Source: the human T2T-CHM13v2.0 reference genome, Homo sapiens
Direction: 5' to 3' (one strand)
NCBI RefSeq assembly: GCF_009914755.1
Contig: NC_060925.1
DNA: 64,000 nucleotides
The notes under the pieces were generated by a model. It was not told the origin of the DNA. It searched no databases and worked only from the letters and a program-made list of their open reading frames with translations. The stretch's first letter is position 1; each line of letters opens with the position of its first letter. Below are positions 1 through 12,670 of this stretch, in pieces. A program made the translations under genes and the position numbers.

Positions 1-100
1 TGCCTTGATCTCAGACTCCTACCCCTGAGAACTATGAGACAAATTTCTGTTGTAAGCCATCCATTTGTAGTACTTTTTTACAGAGGCCCCGGCTAGTGAA
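1..100. repeat. MLT1-type MaLR LTR fragment
   Basis: ccttgatctcagac...gaactatgagacaaatttctgttgtaagcc resembles MLT1 ends. Confidence 0.5.
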
Positions 101-571
101 TACAGCACTTAGTAGTTCCTGAACATAGTAGGAATTCAATTAATGATTGAATACATGAATAAACAAATGTCTTCTGACTGTTGTGAATTATCCCTTCAGC
201 AATGATAAAGATATTTTAAAACTGGCCTTTCTCAGGCCTAACTTTAATGTGGGATAGAGATACAGCTAAGAATATTATAAGATTAACAAGCATTTTCCCC
301 TCACACTGTTTAGGTTAGGTGGGGAAGGGATATGAGTCACCATCATTATTGTCCTGGTCATCACCACTGTTATTGAATACCATACTATCTACTTCCATGA
401 GGAAGTAGAATGGATTGTCCCAAAGATAGCCCTCATAATATTCCTTATATGAAAATAAATAAACAACATGAGACAAGTATATTAGATCTGTCTTCCAGGG
501 AAAAATCCAAAGACCTCTTATTCTCTATCTCCAGTCTTAGGACTAAATGGTTTGAACTAGTGATTCCCTGT

Positions 572-1053
572 TGAGGGAAGAGACAGACCCTCTCATATTG
601 TTTTATACTCAGAAAAGGAAAGAAAAGTGAAATTAAAGGCAGATAGCCCGGCGCCTAGGAACCAGACCCGAAACCAGGCCTGGGCCTGCCTGACCTAAGC
701 TCGGTAGTTAAAATTCGACCCCTGACCTAGCAACTGTTGTTATCTATAGATTCCAGACATTGTATGGAAGGGCATTGTATGGAAGGACATTGTGAAATCT
801 CTCGTTCTGTTCTGTTTCACTGTGACCACCGGTGCTCACAGCCCCTGTCACGTACCCCCTGGCTTACTCAATCGATCACGACCCTCTCATGCGGACCCCC
901 TTAGAGTTGTGAGCCCTTAAAAGGGACAGAAGTTGAGCATCAGACGAGCTCGGATTTTGAGACGCTAGCCTGCCGATTCTCCCAGCTGATTAAAGCCACT
1001 CCCTTCACTATCTCGGTGTCTGAGCGGTTTTGTCTGCGGCTCATCCTGCTACA
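572..1053 (+). repeat. 5' LTR (LTR2 family, subfamily not determined)
   Basis: Starts TGAGGGAAGAG, ends TCCTGCTACA, contains an ATTAAA polyA signal, matches 6910-7386. Confidence 0.93.
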
Positions 1054-1058
1054 TTTCT

Positions 1059-1076
1059 TGGTTCCCTGACCGGGAA
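1059..1076 (+). promoter_or_regulatory. Primer binding site for tRNA-Glu
   Basis: TGGTTCCCTGACCGGGAA is complementary to the tRNA-Glu 3' end and lies 5 nt after the LTR. Confidence 0.9.
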
Positions 1077-1732
1077 GCAAGGTGATTAACAGATGGTCGA
1101 GGCAGCTCCTTAGGCGGCTTTAGCCTGCCCTGTGGAACATCCCTGCTGGGGACTCCAACCAGCCAGAGTGACGCGGATCCTGAGAGCTCTCCTGGGTAGG
1201 CATTTGCCCCGGTGGGACACCTCGCCAGAGCAGTGTGTGGCAGGCCCCCGTGGAGGATCAACAGAGTGGCTGAACACCGGGAAGGAATTGGCACTTGGAG
1301 TCCGGACAACTAAAACTTGGTAAGACTAGTCTTTGGAACTTGCCCACTCCATTTGAGTGGAAGCATGGCCTGATCACCCACGGCGTGCCTTTATCAGCAC
1401 TTGGTTTTGGTTTTGACTTGGTTTGAATTACTTGACAGGACTGGTCTTGGGAACTTGCCCACTCCATTCCCACTCCATTTGAGTGGAAGCATGGCCTGAT
1501 CTGATCACCCACGGTGTGCCTGTTCCGGCACTTTGGTTTTTGTTTTTGACTTGACTTAGATTGCTTGATACTTTGGTTTTGGTTTTGACCTGGCTTGGAT
1601 TTCTGAATACTCTGATTTTGGTTTTGATTTTGGTTTAGTGTAAACTGCAAAAGTGTGTGCGTGCCCTTTTTACCCGTTCTTTGTTTTGTGGTGTGCATGT
1701 GGTGTGAGAGTGGTGTTTTGTCTCGAAGAAAC

Positions 1733-1995
1733 ATGGGTCAGGCACAAATAAGCCCACCCTACTAGAAACTATGTTGAAAAATTTCAAGAAAGGATTTAAG
1801 GGAGATTACGGTGTTACTATGACACTAGAAAAACTTAGAACTTTGTGTAAAATAGACTGGCCAACATTAGAGGTGGGTTGGCCATCAGAAGGAAGCCTAG
1901 ACAGGTCCCTTGTTTCAAATGTATGGCACAAGGTAACCTGTAAGCCAAGGCACACAGACCAGTTTCTGTACGTAGACAATTACAGCTGGTTTTAG
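1733..1995 (+). pseudogene. Truncated, frameshifted gag matrix remnant
   Basis: ATGGGTCAG (MGQ myristoylation-type start), then in another frame MLKNFKKGFKGDY...LRTLCKIDWPTLEVGWPSEGS, typical of gammaretroviral matrix. Confidence 0.8.
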
Positions 1996-3183
1996 ACCCC
2001 CTTCGCCCCCACAGTAGTTAAGAGAGGCAGAAAGAGAGGAAGAAACAGAGGCAAAAGGAAAGTCAAAGAGAGAGAGAGGGAGAGAGAGAGACAGAAAGTC
2101 AAAGAGAGAAAGAAAAATAGAGAGAAATATCCAAGTAGTTAAGAAAAAAATAGTGTACCCTATTCCCTTTAAAAGCCAAGGTAAATTTAAAACCTAAAAT
2201 TGATAATTAAAGGTATTCTCCGTAACCCTGTAACACTCTAATACCACTTTGTTGTTAGTGTAAACAAGGGCGTATCCCGAAAGCACTGAGGCCTTCCTAT
2301 CAAAAATCCTTAACCCAGTAACCCACGGATGGCCCAGATGCATTCAATCTGTAGCAGCAGCTGCTTTGCTAACAGGAAAAAAAAAAAAAAAGAGCTGTGG
2401 GAAGGCAAAATTTATGTAAAAAGAGTGTTATATGGTAAATTCTTGTCTTGAAATAAATTAACTGTTGTTTAAAGAAAGAAATATTTGTAATAAGTCAGAA
2501 AGTTGAGACATGTCAAAGAATTATCTGCGAAAGTCATAGAAAACGATGTTATAAAAAATTTATGCAAAAAATATTGTATAATTTGAAAGTAATAAGGCCT
2601 CCTGAGTACTATTGAAGAAACAGTTTATGTGCAAGGTGCATAAGAAAAGTAAAATATACTTTTGGTAAAAAGATTAGAAGGAGGCATAAGAATGTGGATT
2701 TTTACCTACATTAAAAGGTTAAAAAAATTATTGTTTTGAAAGTTTAAGCAAGTTTTAAAATGTTAATTGTAAAAAAAAATTCTGTGTGTAAACTAATTAG
2801 CTAAAGATAAAAAGGTATCATCCAGTTTTTCTGTGAACTGGACATTAAAGTAAAAATGCAACAGGTTTTTCTTGAAGCACCAACCTGCTCTTTAACAAAA
2901 ATTATAAAAGGTTAAAAAGAGTCTGTAAAAACTTACCTTATGGTCAAACATGAAAAATTGGATAAATATGTCTATGAGGTTTTATTAAAATTAAGTTTAA
3001 CATTAATAACACACTAATATAAAGGTAAAATTTAGCTTATCTGGTATAAAAATCATACAAGAAGTATTATTAAATATAAAATGGTGTTTAGCTTTCTTTG
3101 GTCTAAAAACTAATAAAAATAGGTCCTAAAGGAAACATTCATTTTACTAGAGGATCATAGAAGTTAAAGACTTAAAACAAACT

Positions 3184-3915
3184 TTGGCAATTAAGACAGC
3201 ATACCAAGATGCAAATGCCTGGTTGAAATGGATCAAATATTCCATCTGCACATTAAACAAAAGCAGTTGTTATGCTTGTGCACATGGCAGGCCAGAGGCC
3301 CTCATTGTCCCCCTTCCACTAAAGTGGTCCTCCAGTCCACCAGGCGTGGGCTGCATGGTAGCTCTTTTCCAGGATTCTACAGCCTGGAGTAATAAGTCAT
3401 GCCAAACTCTCTCTGCTATCCCTGTGGGTCAGCCCCCGAGGGCCATCCAGCCTCCGTCTCCCAACACTAAGTTCACTTCATGTCTCTCACCACAGAGAGG
3501 AAACTTAGGATTCCTTGGAGACCTGAAGTGATGCAATGAGCTTAAGAATTTTCAAGAGCTTATCAATCAGTCAGCCCTTGTTCATCCCCAAGCGGATGTG
3601 TGGTGGTATTGTGGTGGACCTTTACTGGGCACTCTGCCGAATAACTGGAGTGGCACTTATACTTTAGTCCAGTTGGCTATCCCTTTCACCCTGGCATTTC
3701 ATCAACAAGAGGGAGGAAAAATAAGACATCGTAAAGCGAGAGAAGCCCCCTTATAGGTCTTTCGACTCTCACGTCCATTTAGACGCAATTGGAGTCCCAC
3801 GAGGAATACCAGATCAATTTAAAGCTTGAAATCAAATAGCTACAAAATTTAAGTCAATATTTTAGTGAGTGATGTTAATAAAAATGTAAATTAGATAAAT
3901 TATATCTATTACAAA
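3184..3915 (+). pseudogene. Degenerate env-like fragment of a second ERV lineage (HERV-I-like)
   Basis: NAWLKWIKYS...CYACAHGRPEA motif with stops and frameshifts; lineage assigned from memory. Confidence 0.6.
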
Positions 3916-4745
3916 CAACAGCAACAAGCTTTTCATGAGTTGAAAGAAAAACTCAGGTCGGCCCCAGCCCTGGGGCTACCTGACCTGACGAAAGTGCACA
4001 CTCTATGTGCCAAAAAAAAAAAAAAAAAAAAAAAGGGCCATCTATACCAATTCTAAGTTAATTTAGACTAAACAAGGTCTTACTCATAGCAAAGGATAAT
4101 TGAAATCCCAAACTTACAAGGTTTTCAACAAAAGTAAAGTTTGCTAAAAGTTAACAGTGTAACATGTATTATAGTAACTTCTAATCTTGTGGCCTTAGAC
4201 AGTCTAGTCCACAGATATAAAGAAAGTTCACTTAAAAAAAAAAAAAAAAGAATGGTTATCTTCAAAAAAAAAAAATGGCAGTTGGAGTTTTAACCCAGAC
4301 TGTAGGGCTCTGGCCAAGGCCAGTGGCCTATCTCTCAAAACAACTAGATGGGGTTTCCAAAGGCTGGCCCCCATATCTAAGGGCCCTGGCAGCAACGGCC
4401 CTGTTAGCACAAGAAGCAGATAAGCTAACTCTTAGGCAAAACCTAAACATAAAGTCCCCCCCATGCTGTGGTGACTTTAATCAGTACCAAAGGACATCAT
4501 TAGCTAATGAATGCTAGACTAACTAGATACCAAAGCTTGCTCTGTGAAAATCCCCACATAACCATTGAAGTTTGCAACACCCTAAACCCCGCCACCTTGC
4601 TCCTGGTATCAGAGAGCCCAGTTAAACATAACTGTGTAGAAGTGTTGGACTCAGTTTATTCTAGTGGGCCCAACCTCCAAAACCATCCTTAAACATCAGT
4701 AAACTGGGAGCTGTACGTGGATGGGAGCAGCTTCACCAACCTCTG
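3916..4745 (+). pseudogene. pol RT-connection / RNase H fragment, interrupted
   Basis: QQAFHELKEKLRSAPALGLPDLTK, MAVGVLTQ..PRPVAYLSKQLD..GWPP.LRALAA, LNPATLL and LYVDGSS motifs. Confidence 0.85.
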
Positions 4746-4814
4746 CAAAGTGACTCAGAAAAAGCCCTGCTCCAGTCACACCCGGAAGCTGACTGGTCCA
4801 CGCACGGCCGAAGC

Positions 4815-6880
4815 ATGAGAAAACTCATCACGGGACTCATTTTCCTTAAAATTTGGACTTGTACAGTAAGGACTTCAACTGACCTTCCTCAGACTGAGAA
4901 CTGTTCCCAGTATATACATCAAGTCACTGAGGTAGGACAAAAGATTGCTACAGTCCTATTATTTCATGGTTATTATAAGTGTACGAGGACTCTAAAAGAA
5001 ACTTGTTTGTATAATGCTATTCTATCCAAGGTATGTAGCCTAGGAAATAACCAACCTGATGTGTGTTATGACCCATTTTAAGCCTCCAATGATCACAGTT
5101 TTTTAAAATAAATTAAGGACTGGTCCTTTTCTAGGTGACACAAGTAAAGTAATAGCTAAGACAGAAGAAAGAGGGATCCCCAAGCATGTAACACTAAAAT
5201 TTAATGCTTGTGCCACTATCAATAGCAATCGGCATAGAATAAGATGCGGTTCTTTAAACTGAAAAAAAAAAAAGTTACACAGCAGGAAATAAGTATATCT
5301 GCCACGAATTAAGCTCATGTGCAAATGTGTGTAATTACTGGTCTTGTGTCATCTAGGCTACTTAGAAAAAGGATGAAAAAGACCCTGTTTAGCTCCAAAA
5401 AGGAGAAGGCAGCCCCTCCTGTACGAGTGGAAGCTGCAACCCCTTGAAATTAGTAATTACAAATCCCTTAAACCCAAGGTAGAAAAAAAGAAGTACACGT
5501 ATCTCTGGGCGTCGATAAAAAAGGACTAGATCCTAGAGTAAATACCTTAGTAAAAGAGGAGGTTCGTAAACTCTCTCCGGAACCAGTATTTCAGACTTTC
5601 TATGATTAACTAAATGTGCCAGTACCAGAGACTCCAGGAAAAACCAGAAATTTGTTTTTGCAATTAGCCGAGCATGTAGCCCAGTCTCTAAATGTCACCT
5701 CATGTTACGTTTGTGGAGAAACTGTAATAAGAGATCAATGGCATAAGAAGCCCGAGAATTAGTGCCTACAGACCCAGTTCCTGATGAATTCCCGGCCCAA
5801 AAGAATCACCCTGATCATTTCTAGGTTCTAAAAGTCTCAATTATTAGACAATATTGCATAGCTGAAAAAAGGAAAGAATTCACTCATCCTGTAGGATGAC
5901 TTAGTTGCCTAGGACAAAAACTGTATAATGGTACCACAAAAACAGTTACATGGTGGAGTTCAAACCACACAGATAAAAATCCATTCAGTAAATTTCCAAA
6001 GTTGCAGACCGTTTAAGCCCACCCAGAATTCCACCGGGACTAGACAGCCCCCCACTAGGCTATACTGGATACGTGGACATAGAACCTACGCTAAGCTGCC
6101 TGACCAGTGGACAGGTAGTTGTGTTATTGGCACTATTAAACCATCTTTCTTCCTACTGCCCATACAAATAGGCGAACTCCTGGGCTTCCCTGTCTATGCT
6201 TTCCGCGAAAAGCGAAACATAGCCATAGATAATTAAAAAGATGATGAATGACCACCTAAAAAATTATACAATACTATAGGCCTGCCACTTAGACACAAGA
6301 TGGCTCATGGGTATACCAGACCCCCATTTACATGCTCAACTGAATCATACGGTTGCAAGCTGTTTTAGAAATCATCACTAATAAAACCAGTCAAGCCTTG
6401 ACTATTCTGGCCCGGCAAGAAACTCAGATAAGAAATGCTATCTATCAAAATAGATTGGCTCTCGACTACTTCTAGCAGCTGAAAGAGAGGTCTATAAAAA
6501 TTTAACCTTACTAATTACTGTCTACACATAGATAATCAAAGGCAAGTAGTTAAAGACGTAGTTAAAGACATAGTTAAAAACATGACAAAACTGGCACATA
6601 TGCCCGTACGAGTGTAGCACGGATTCGACCCTGAAGCCATGTTTAGAAGGTGGTTCCCAGCACTAGGAGGATTTAAAACTCTTATATAGGAGTTATAATA
6701 GTAATAGAAACCTGCTTACTGCTCCCTTGCTTGCTGCCTGTACTTCTTCAAATGATAAAAAGCTTCATTGCTACCTTAGTTCACCAAAATGCCTCAACAC
6801 AAGTGTACTATATGAATCACTATCAATCTATTGCACAAGAAGGCATAAGTGGCAAAAATAAGAGTGAGAACTCCCACTAA
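4815..6880 (+). pseudogene. Near full-length but dead HERV-E-type env
   Basis: Signal peptide MRKLITGLIFLKIW, CYVC motif, furin site REKR near 6205-6216, immunosuppressive domain YQNRLALDY near 6440, hydrophobic TM near 6690-6750, many stops. Confidence 0.85.
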
Positions 6881-6909
6881 TAAAAAGTGAGAGTCTCAAA
6901 CGGGGGAAA

Positions 6910-7386
6910 TGAGGGAAGAGAGAGACCCTCTCATATTGTTTTATATTGTTTTATACTCAGAAAAGGACAGAGAAGCGAAACTAAAGGCAGGTAGCCCGGC
7001 GCCTAAGAACCAGACCCGAAACCAGGCCTGGGCCTGCCTGACCTAAGCCTGGTAGTTAAAATTCGACCCCTGACCTAGCAACTGTTGTTATCTATAGATT
7101 CCACACATTGTATGGAAGGACATTGTGAAATCTCTCGTTCTGTTCTGTTTCACTGTGACCACCAGTGCTCACAGCCCCTGTCACGTACCCCCTGGCTTAC
7201 TCAATCGATCACGACCCTCTCATGCAGACCCCCTTAGAGTTGTGAGCCCTTAAAAGGGCAGAAGTTGAGCACCTTGACGAGCTCGGATTTTGAGACGCTA
7301 GCCTGCCGATTCTCCCAGCTGATTAAAGCCACTCCCTTCACTATCTCGGTGTCTGAGGGGTTTTGTCTGCAGCTGGTCCTGCTACA
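6910..7386 (+). repeat. 3' LTR (LTR2 family)
   Basis: Copy of 572-1053, preceded by AAACGGGGGAAA and followed by TSD CTGT. Confidence 0.93.
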
Positions 7387-7739
7387 CTGTCAGCTAGCTG
7401 GATAAACTTAAGTGTTTGTTCTGCAGACCAAATCTAGCCTTGATCTCAACATCTATGCCAATTGTTCTCGATCTGTCTGAATATTGGGATTACTTAGGAA
7501 ACTTTAAATAACCAAGCCCTTCCTGGCATTAAATCAGGATATCCATGGGTCAGCCCAGTTTCTCTTTTTCTTAGCTCTATGTGTTTATTGTTAGTTATCT
7601 ATTTAGCACAAGGGTCATGGCATCCAATAATTGTAGGTTATAGATAATTTACATAAGGCAAGTTATAGGAAGGAGAGGAGCATCAAAATAAATCAGGATT
7701 CTATGGGTTCACACAGAACAATCATTCCAAGACACTCAC

Positions 7740-7893
7740 CTGTGATTCTTACCTTGGGCCAGGTACTCAATTTTCATAAGTATCTGGCTTTTTCCATATC
7801 CTGGTAATCCCTCATACATTAAGACTTGGCTGCTGTTAGATATCAAAAATTTCTTCATAGTATACATGAAGTAGTTGATCTCTTTATTACGTC
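7740..7893 (-). CDS. ADCY10: ADCY10 exon 14 (154 nt), P-loop region
   Basis: ag|GACGTAAT...CACAG|gtgagt; encodes RNKEINYFMYTMKKFLISNSSQVLMYEGLPGYGKSQILMKIEYLAQGKNH with Walker A GLPGYGKS. Confidence 0.96.
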
Positions 7894-7962
7894 CTGTTAT
7901 TTTTAGTTTTAAAAAAGAGCAAATTCAATCAACGTAAAATAGTCTAGAGATATAAAAAGTCA

Positions 7963-8350
<388 letters not shown>

Positions 8351-9427
8351 TTATGCACTTTCAAAATTGTTTAAATCTTCCTGGGAGCTTTTTAGCTAAC
8401 CATGTGGTTTTGCAGTTTCATTTGATTAGAAGCTGTGAGAGAAAGTATTCTTATAATCCTCATTATAATGTTTAATTATAGTGTAGAAAACTGAGATTTG
8501 CTTAGATTACACAACCAGGAATTAAGCCAAGGCTATCTAACCCTAAAGCTTGTTTTTTTTTGTTTTTTGTTTTTTGTTTTTATTCAACACACTAGAAGTA
8601 ATATGTAGACTATTACATTAGGAAATAAATTTATTAAAGTTAGTTTTCCTACATTAAACAATTATGGATAAAATATTTTTATTTCTGATTCTGTGATAAA
8701 GGAAATTTGCCCTCTGTAAATGAAGATTATACTTAATTCAGGGCTACAAAAAGCATTACCAGGGATAAAATTCAATTTGCCTTCAGAAATCATGTACAGA
8801 TTATTTCTATCATAAGAGCAACTTAAATTCTTAGTGAAAATAGATTATAGGTTTTTTCTGATTATAAAACTAACATATGCTTGCTGTAGAAAATATGGAA
8901 AACTTGGAAAAGAAAAAAATAAAAATCACCTTGGGTTACAACCCTTATTTTTCTTGTGTGTTTTTAAATACTGTAACAGCCCTGGGTGAAATCTGAAACC
9001 CTGCTGTAAGGAGCTGTAAGAATTGTAATTTCTAAGCAGTGAGCAATTTCTGTCAAAAAAGTTGGAGACTCATTGAGAGCTAACTATTCCTTCTGTGCTG
9101 GGCAGATGAATGTGGAGGCCCATTTTGTTATTCACTGATAGAACAAATAAATATCCAGGTATTATCTAATGTCTTTGTTGAAGGACCATTAATTCAAGTG
9201 TAGACATTTAATAAAAAGAAGCTAAGTGCTTTGCTTGGTAATATACATTTCTGAGTATGGCTTAGTGAGAACTACTTAGCAGACTGTATTGCTTCTTTTG
9301 GGTGAAATATTCCCTTTCTGAAAATGCATTTGAACCTCAATTTCGTGAGATGTTTTGTGTTTTTCTTTGGCCTGAATGAAGCTCACATAGGAACTTAGAA
9401 GATGAGGCTTCAAAGGCTGCATAGCTG

Positions 9428-9535
9428 CACACCAACATGGCACATGTATACATATGTAACAAACCTGCACGTTGTGCATTGTGTACCCTAGAACTTAAAG
9501 TATAATAATAAAAAATAAATAAATAAAAAATAATA
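9428..9535 (+). mobile_element. Very short L1PA 3' end
   Basis: cacaccaacatggcacatgtatacatatgtaacaaacctgcacgttgtgca...tagaacttaaagtataat followed by an A tail. Confidence 0.9.
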
Positions 9536-9544
9536 AAGTTTCCA

Positions 9545-9850
<306 letters not shown>

Positions 9851-10273
9851 TTAAAAAAAAAAAAGCCTGCATAGCTGACTCTTCCAGCTCCCTGTGTTCT
9901 ATTCATACAGAACACCTACCGGTAGAACCTTATGGAGTATCTTTAGCTGGATTCTAAAATGAGATTGTCTCCTTAACTTGAAATGCATGCACCTTGTTTC
10001 TATCTAAGCAAAGCCTCAATATCGGGGACTGTTGTATGCAGTTTTTACCCTAAAAAGCCACTATTTATTTATTATAGTTTTGTTGTCAACCATGCTGTTG
10101 CAATTTCATTTATAGCAGCCCTTGTAAAAGAAGGGCATTTCCCATGCTGCTAGCCTCTGACAATCTGTGTTTGGTTATAGCTTGAAGGAAAGGTATGTGG
10201 ACCTGATCTTTATGTCATACTGGTGGAATCAGTGCAAAAGGGCAACTAGATCAGACTGAGAAATATACACATA

Positions 10274-10651
<378 letters not shown>

Positions 10652-11164
10652 TCAGTTAGTAAAATAAGTATATCCTAGGATGAAAAGTAAGGCCTCTGAG
10701 GAGGGTGAGAGTGGGTATTCCTTCTCTCTAGCTTCAGGAGTTTTGGAATCTGGACTTAAATGAAGTGATTGGCTTGAAGACCCTGAAAACTACCTGAAAG
10801 CAGTGAAAGTGAGGCATTTCTGCTGGCCCAAGTGTTTTTTTGCAGTTCTGGAACTGTTGCCCTCCTTCAGGCTCTGCTGACACCAAGATTGTGGCCCAAT
10901 ATTTCTCCAAAGTGTGAGACAGAGCCTCCTCTTAATTGCCTTGACACAGTTAGGACCAAGATTTAACTTATGATAAGACTTTTGGGGATGTTCGTGTCTG
11001 ACAGAAGGAAATTACAAGTGCTACTAGAAGTGGCTGCCTTCAGAATCCACAGGTCAATCTTCTTTGGGTCTCTTCTCTTATAGGTATATCCCTTCCTCAT
11101 TTTAGGTCTACTCCCCTGTCTAATCTCGAGTTATCTTTCTTACAATAAGGTCCCTATCACCAGG

Positions 11165-12595
11165 AATCACAAAAATATCAATTCCAAATGGATTGTAGAC
11201 TTAAATATAAAAGGTAAAAACAAAATTTCTGAAAAAAATGCTAGAAAAATATCTCCATGATTTTTGGGTAAGGAAAGGTATCTCAAATAGTATACAGAAG
11301 CACTAACTATAAAAGACAGGTAAATTTGATTACATTAAAGTTAAGAATTCTGTTTATTAAATGCATAATTGAGAGTAAAAAGGCAAACACAGAGTGGGAA
11401 AAGTGATATACAGTAGAAACAAATGACAAAGGACCCATCTCTAGAATGTGTAAATAATTCCAAAAGATAATCAAAATATAACCCAGTTGAAAAATAGGTG
11501 AAAAATTGTACAGGTACTTTAAAAAAATGTCTGGGCTGGGCACAGTGGCTCACGCCTGTAATCCCAGCACTTTGGGAGGCTGGGGCAAGTGGATCACTTG
11601 AAGTTAGGAGATCAAGACCAGTCTGGCCAACATGGTGAAACCCTGCCTCCACTAAAATATAAAAATTAGCTGGGCATGGTGGCGGACACCTGTAATCCCA
11701 GCTACTCAGGAGGCTGAGTCCTGAGAATCACTTGAACCCAGGAGGTAGAGGTTGTAGTGAGCCAAGATTGCTCCTTTGTACTCCAGCCTGGGCAACAGAG
11801 TGAGACTCTGTCTCAAAATAAATAAATAAATAAATAAATCCAAATGGCCAATAAACTTATGAAGAAGGAGCTCAACCACATCAGGGAAATACAAATGGAA
11901 ACCATAATAAGATACCACTATACACCCAACAGAATTATTGAAAGGATAAAGATTGATAAAACTAAGTTGTTGCCAAAGATGAAGAACAACTGGAACTCTC
12001 TTAACATTCTCAGTCAGAATATAAATAAATACAACCATTTTGGAAAACTATTTGGCACCCTTTGTCCCAACAATTTCAGTCCTACGTTTTACTCCTACCT
12101 TGTACTCAACAGAAATGCATACATGCATTCACCAAAAGACTTGTGTAAGAATGTTTATGGCAATATTATTCATAAGAACCAAAAACTGGAAATAACCCAA
12201 ATGTTGCACAGCAACAGAATGGGTAAATTGTTGTATATTTATAAAAATGGAATACTACATAGTAATGACATAGAATAAATTACAGCTACACCCAACAATA
12301 TGGATGAATTATATAACATACCATTGAGTAAGAGAAAGTATATATAAGCCGTATATAATTATACAATGTATGATTCCATCTGTATCAATTTTTTAAACAG
12401 GCATAAGTAATCGAGGGTGTTAGAAGACTTTGGGGAAAGGAAGAAGGAAAGAGTAATCCTGGTGTATTGCTATTTTTCTATTTCTTAACCTGGATGATGA
12501 TTATATTTTCATTTTGTGATAATTCATTAAGCTGCACAGTTATCATTGATGTACTTTTCTGCATGTTTTGTTTTAGTTCAATAAAGAAGTTTAAA
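11165..12595 (+). mobile_element. Old L1M 3' fragment split by an Alu at about 11534-11839
   Basis: Degenerate ORF2 C-terminus (IREIQMETIIRYHYTP) and L1M 3' UTR; Alu consensus inside. Confidence 0.8.
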
Positions 12596-12614
12596 ATCAA
12601 GGCCTACTACCTAC

Positions 12615-12670
12615 CCAGCAAAGGGTAATCCTCCTTTCTGTTGCAGATGAGGCACGCCATACCAAACATG
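12615..12670 (-). CDS. ADCY10: ADCY10 exon 13 (56 nt)
   Basis: ttcttctcttcag|C ATG TTT...CTG G|gtaggt; encodes MFGMACLICNRKEDYPLL; phases fit exons 12 and 14. Confidence 0.96.

Larger units (their letters stand above)
572..7386 (+). mobile_element. Two-LTR ERV1 provirus with LTR2-family LTRs and mosaic interior (Harlequin / HERV-E-like), antisense in ADCY10 intron 14
   Basis: Near-identical TG...CA LTRs at 572-1053 and 6910-7386, 4-bp TSD CTGT (568-571, 7387-7390), tRNA-Glu PBS, purine tract before the 3' LTR, gag/pol/env remnants. Confidence 0.93.

Noticed and set aside
1258-1734. 158-aa Q/N/K-rich minus-strand ORF
   Set aside because: It is the antisense translation of the TTTTGG/TTTTGA repeats in the proviral leader; no gene structure
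4815-6880. Possible domesticated, syncytin-like env
   Set aside because: Many stops and frameshifts; the longest pieces are about 100 aa
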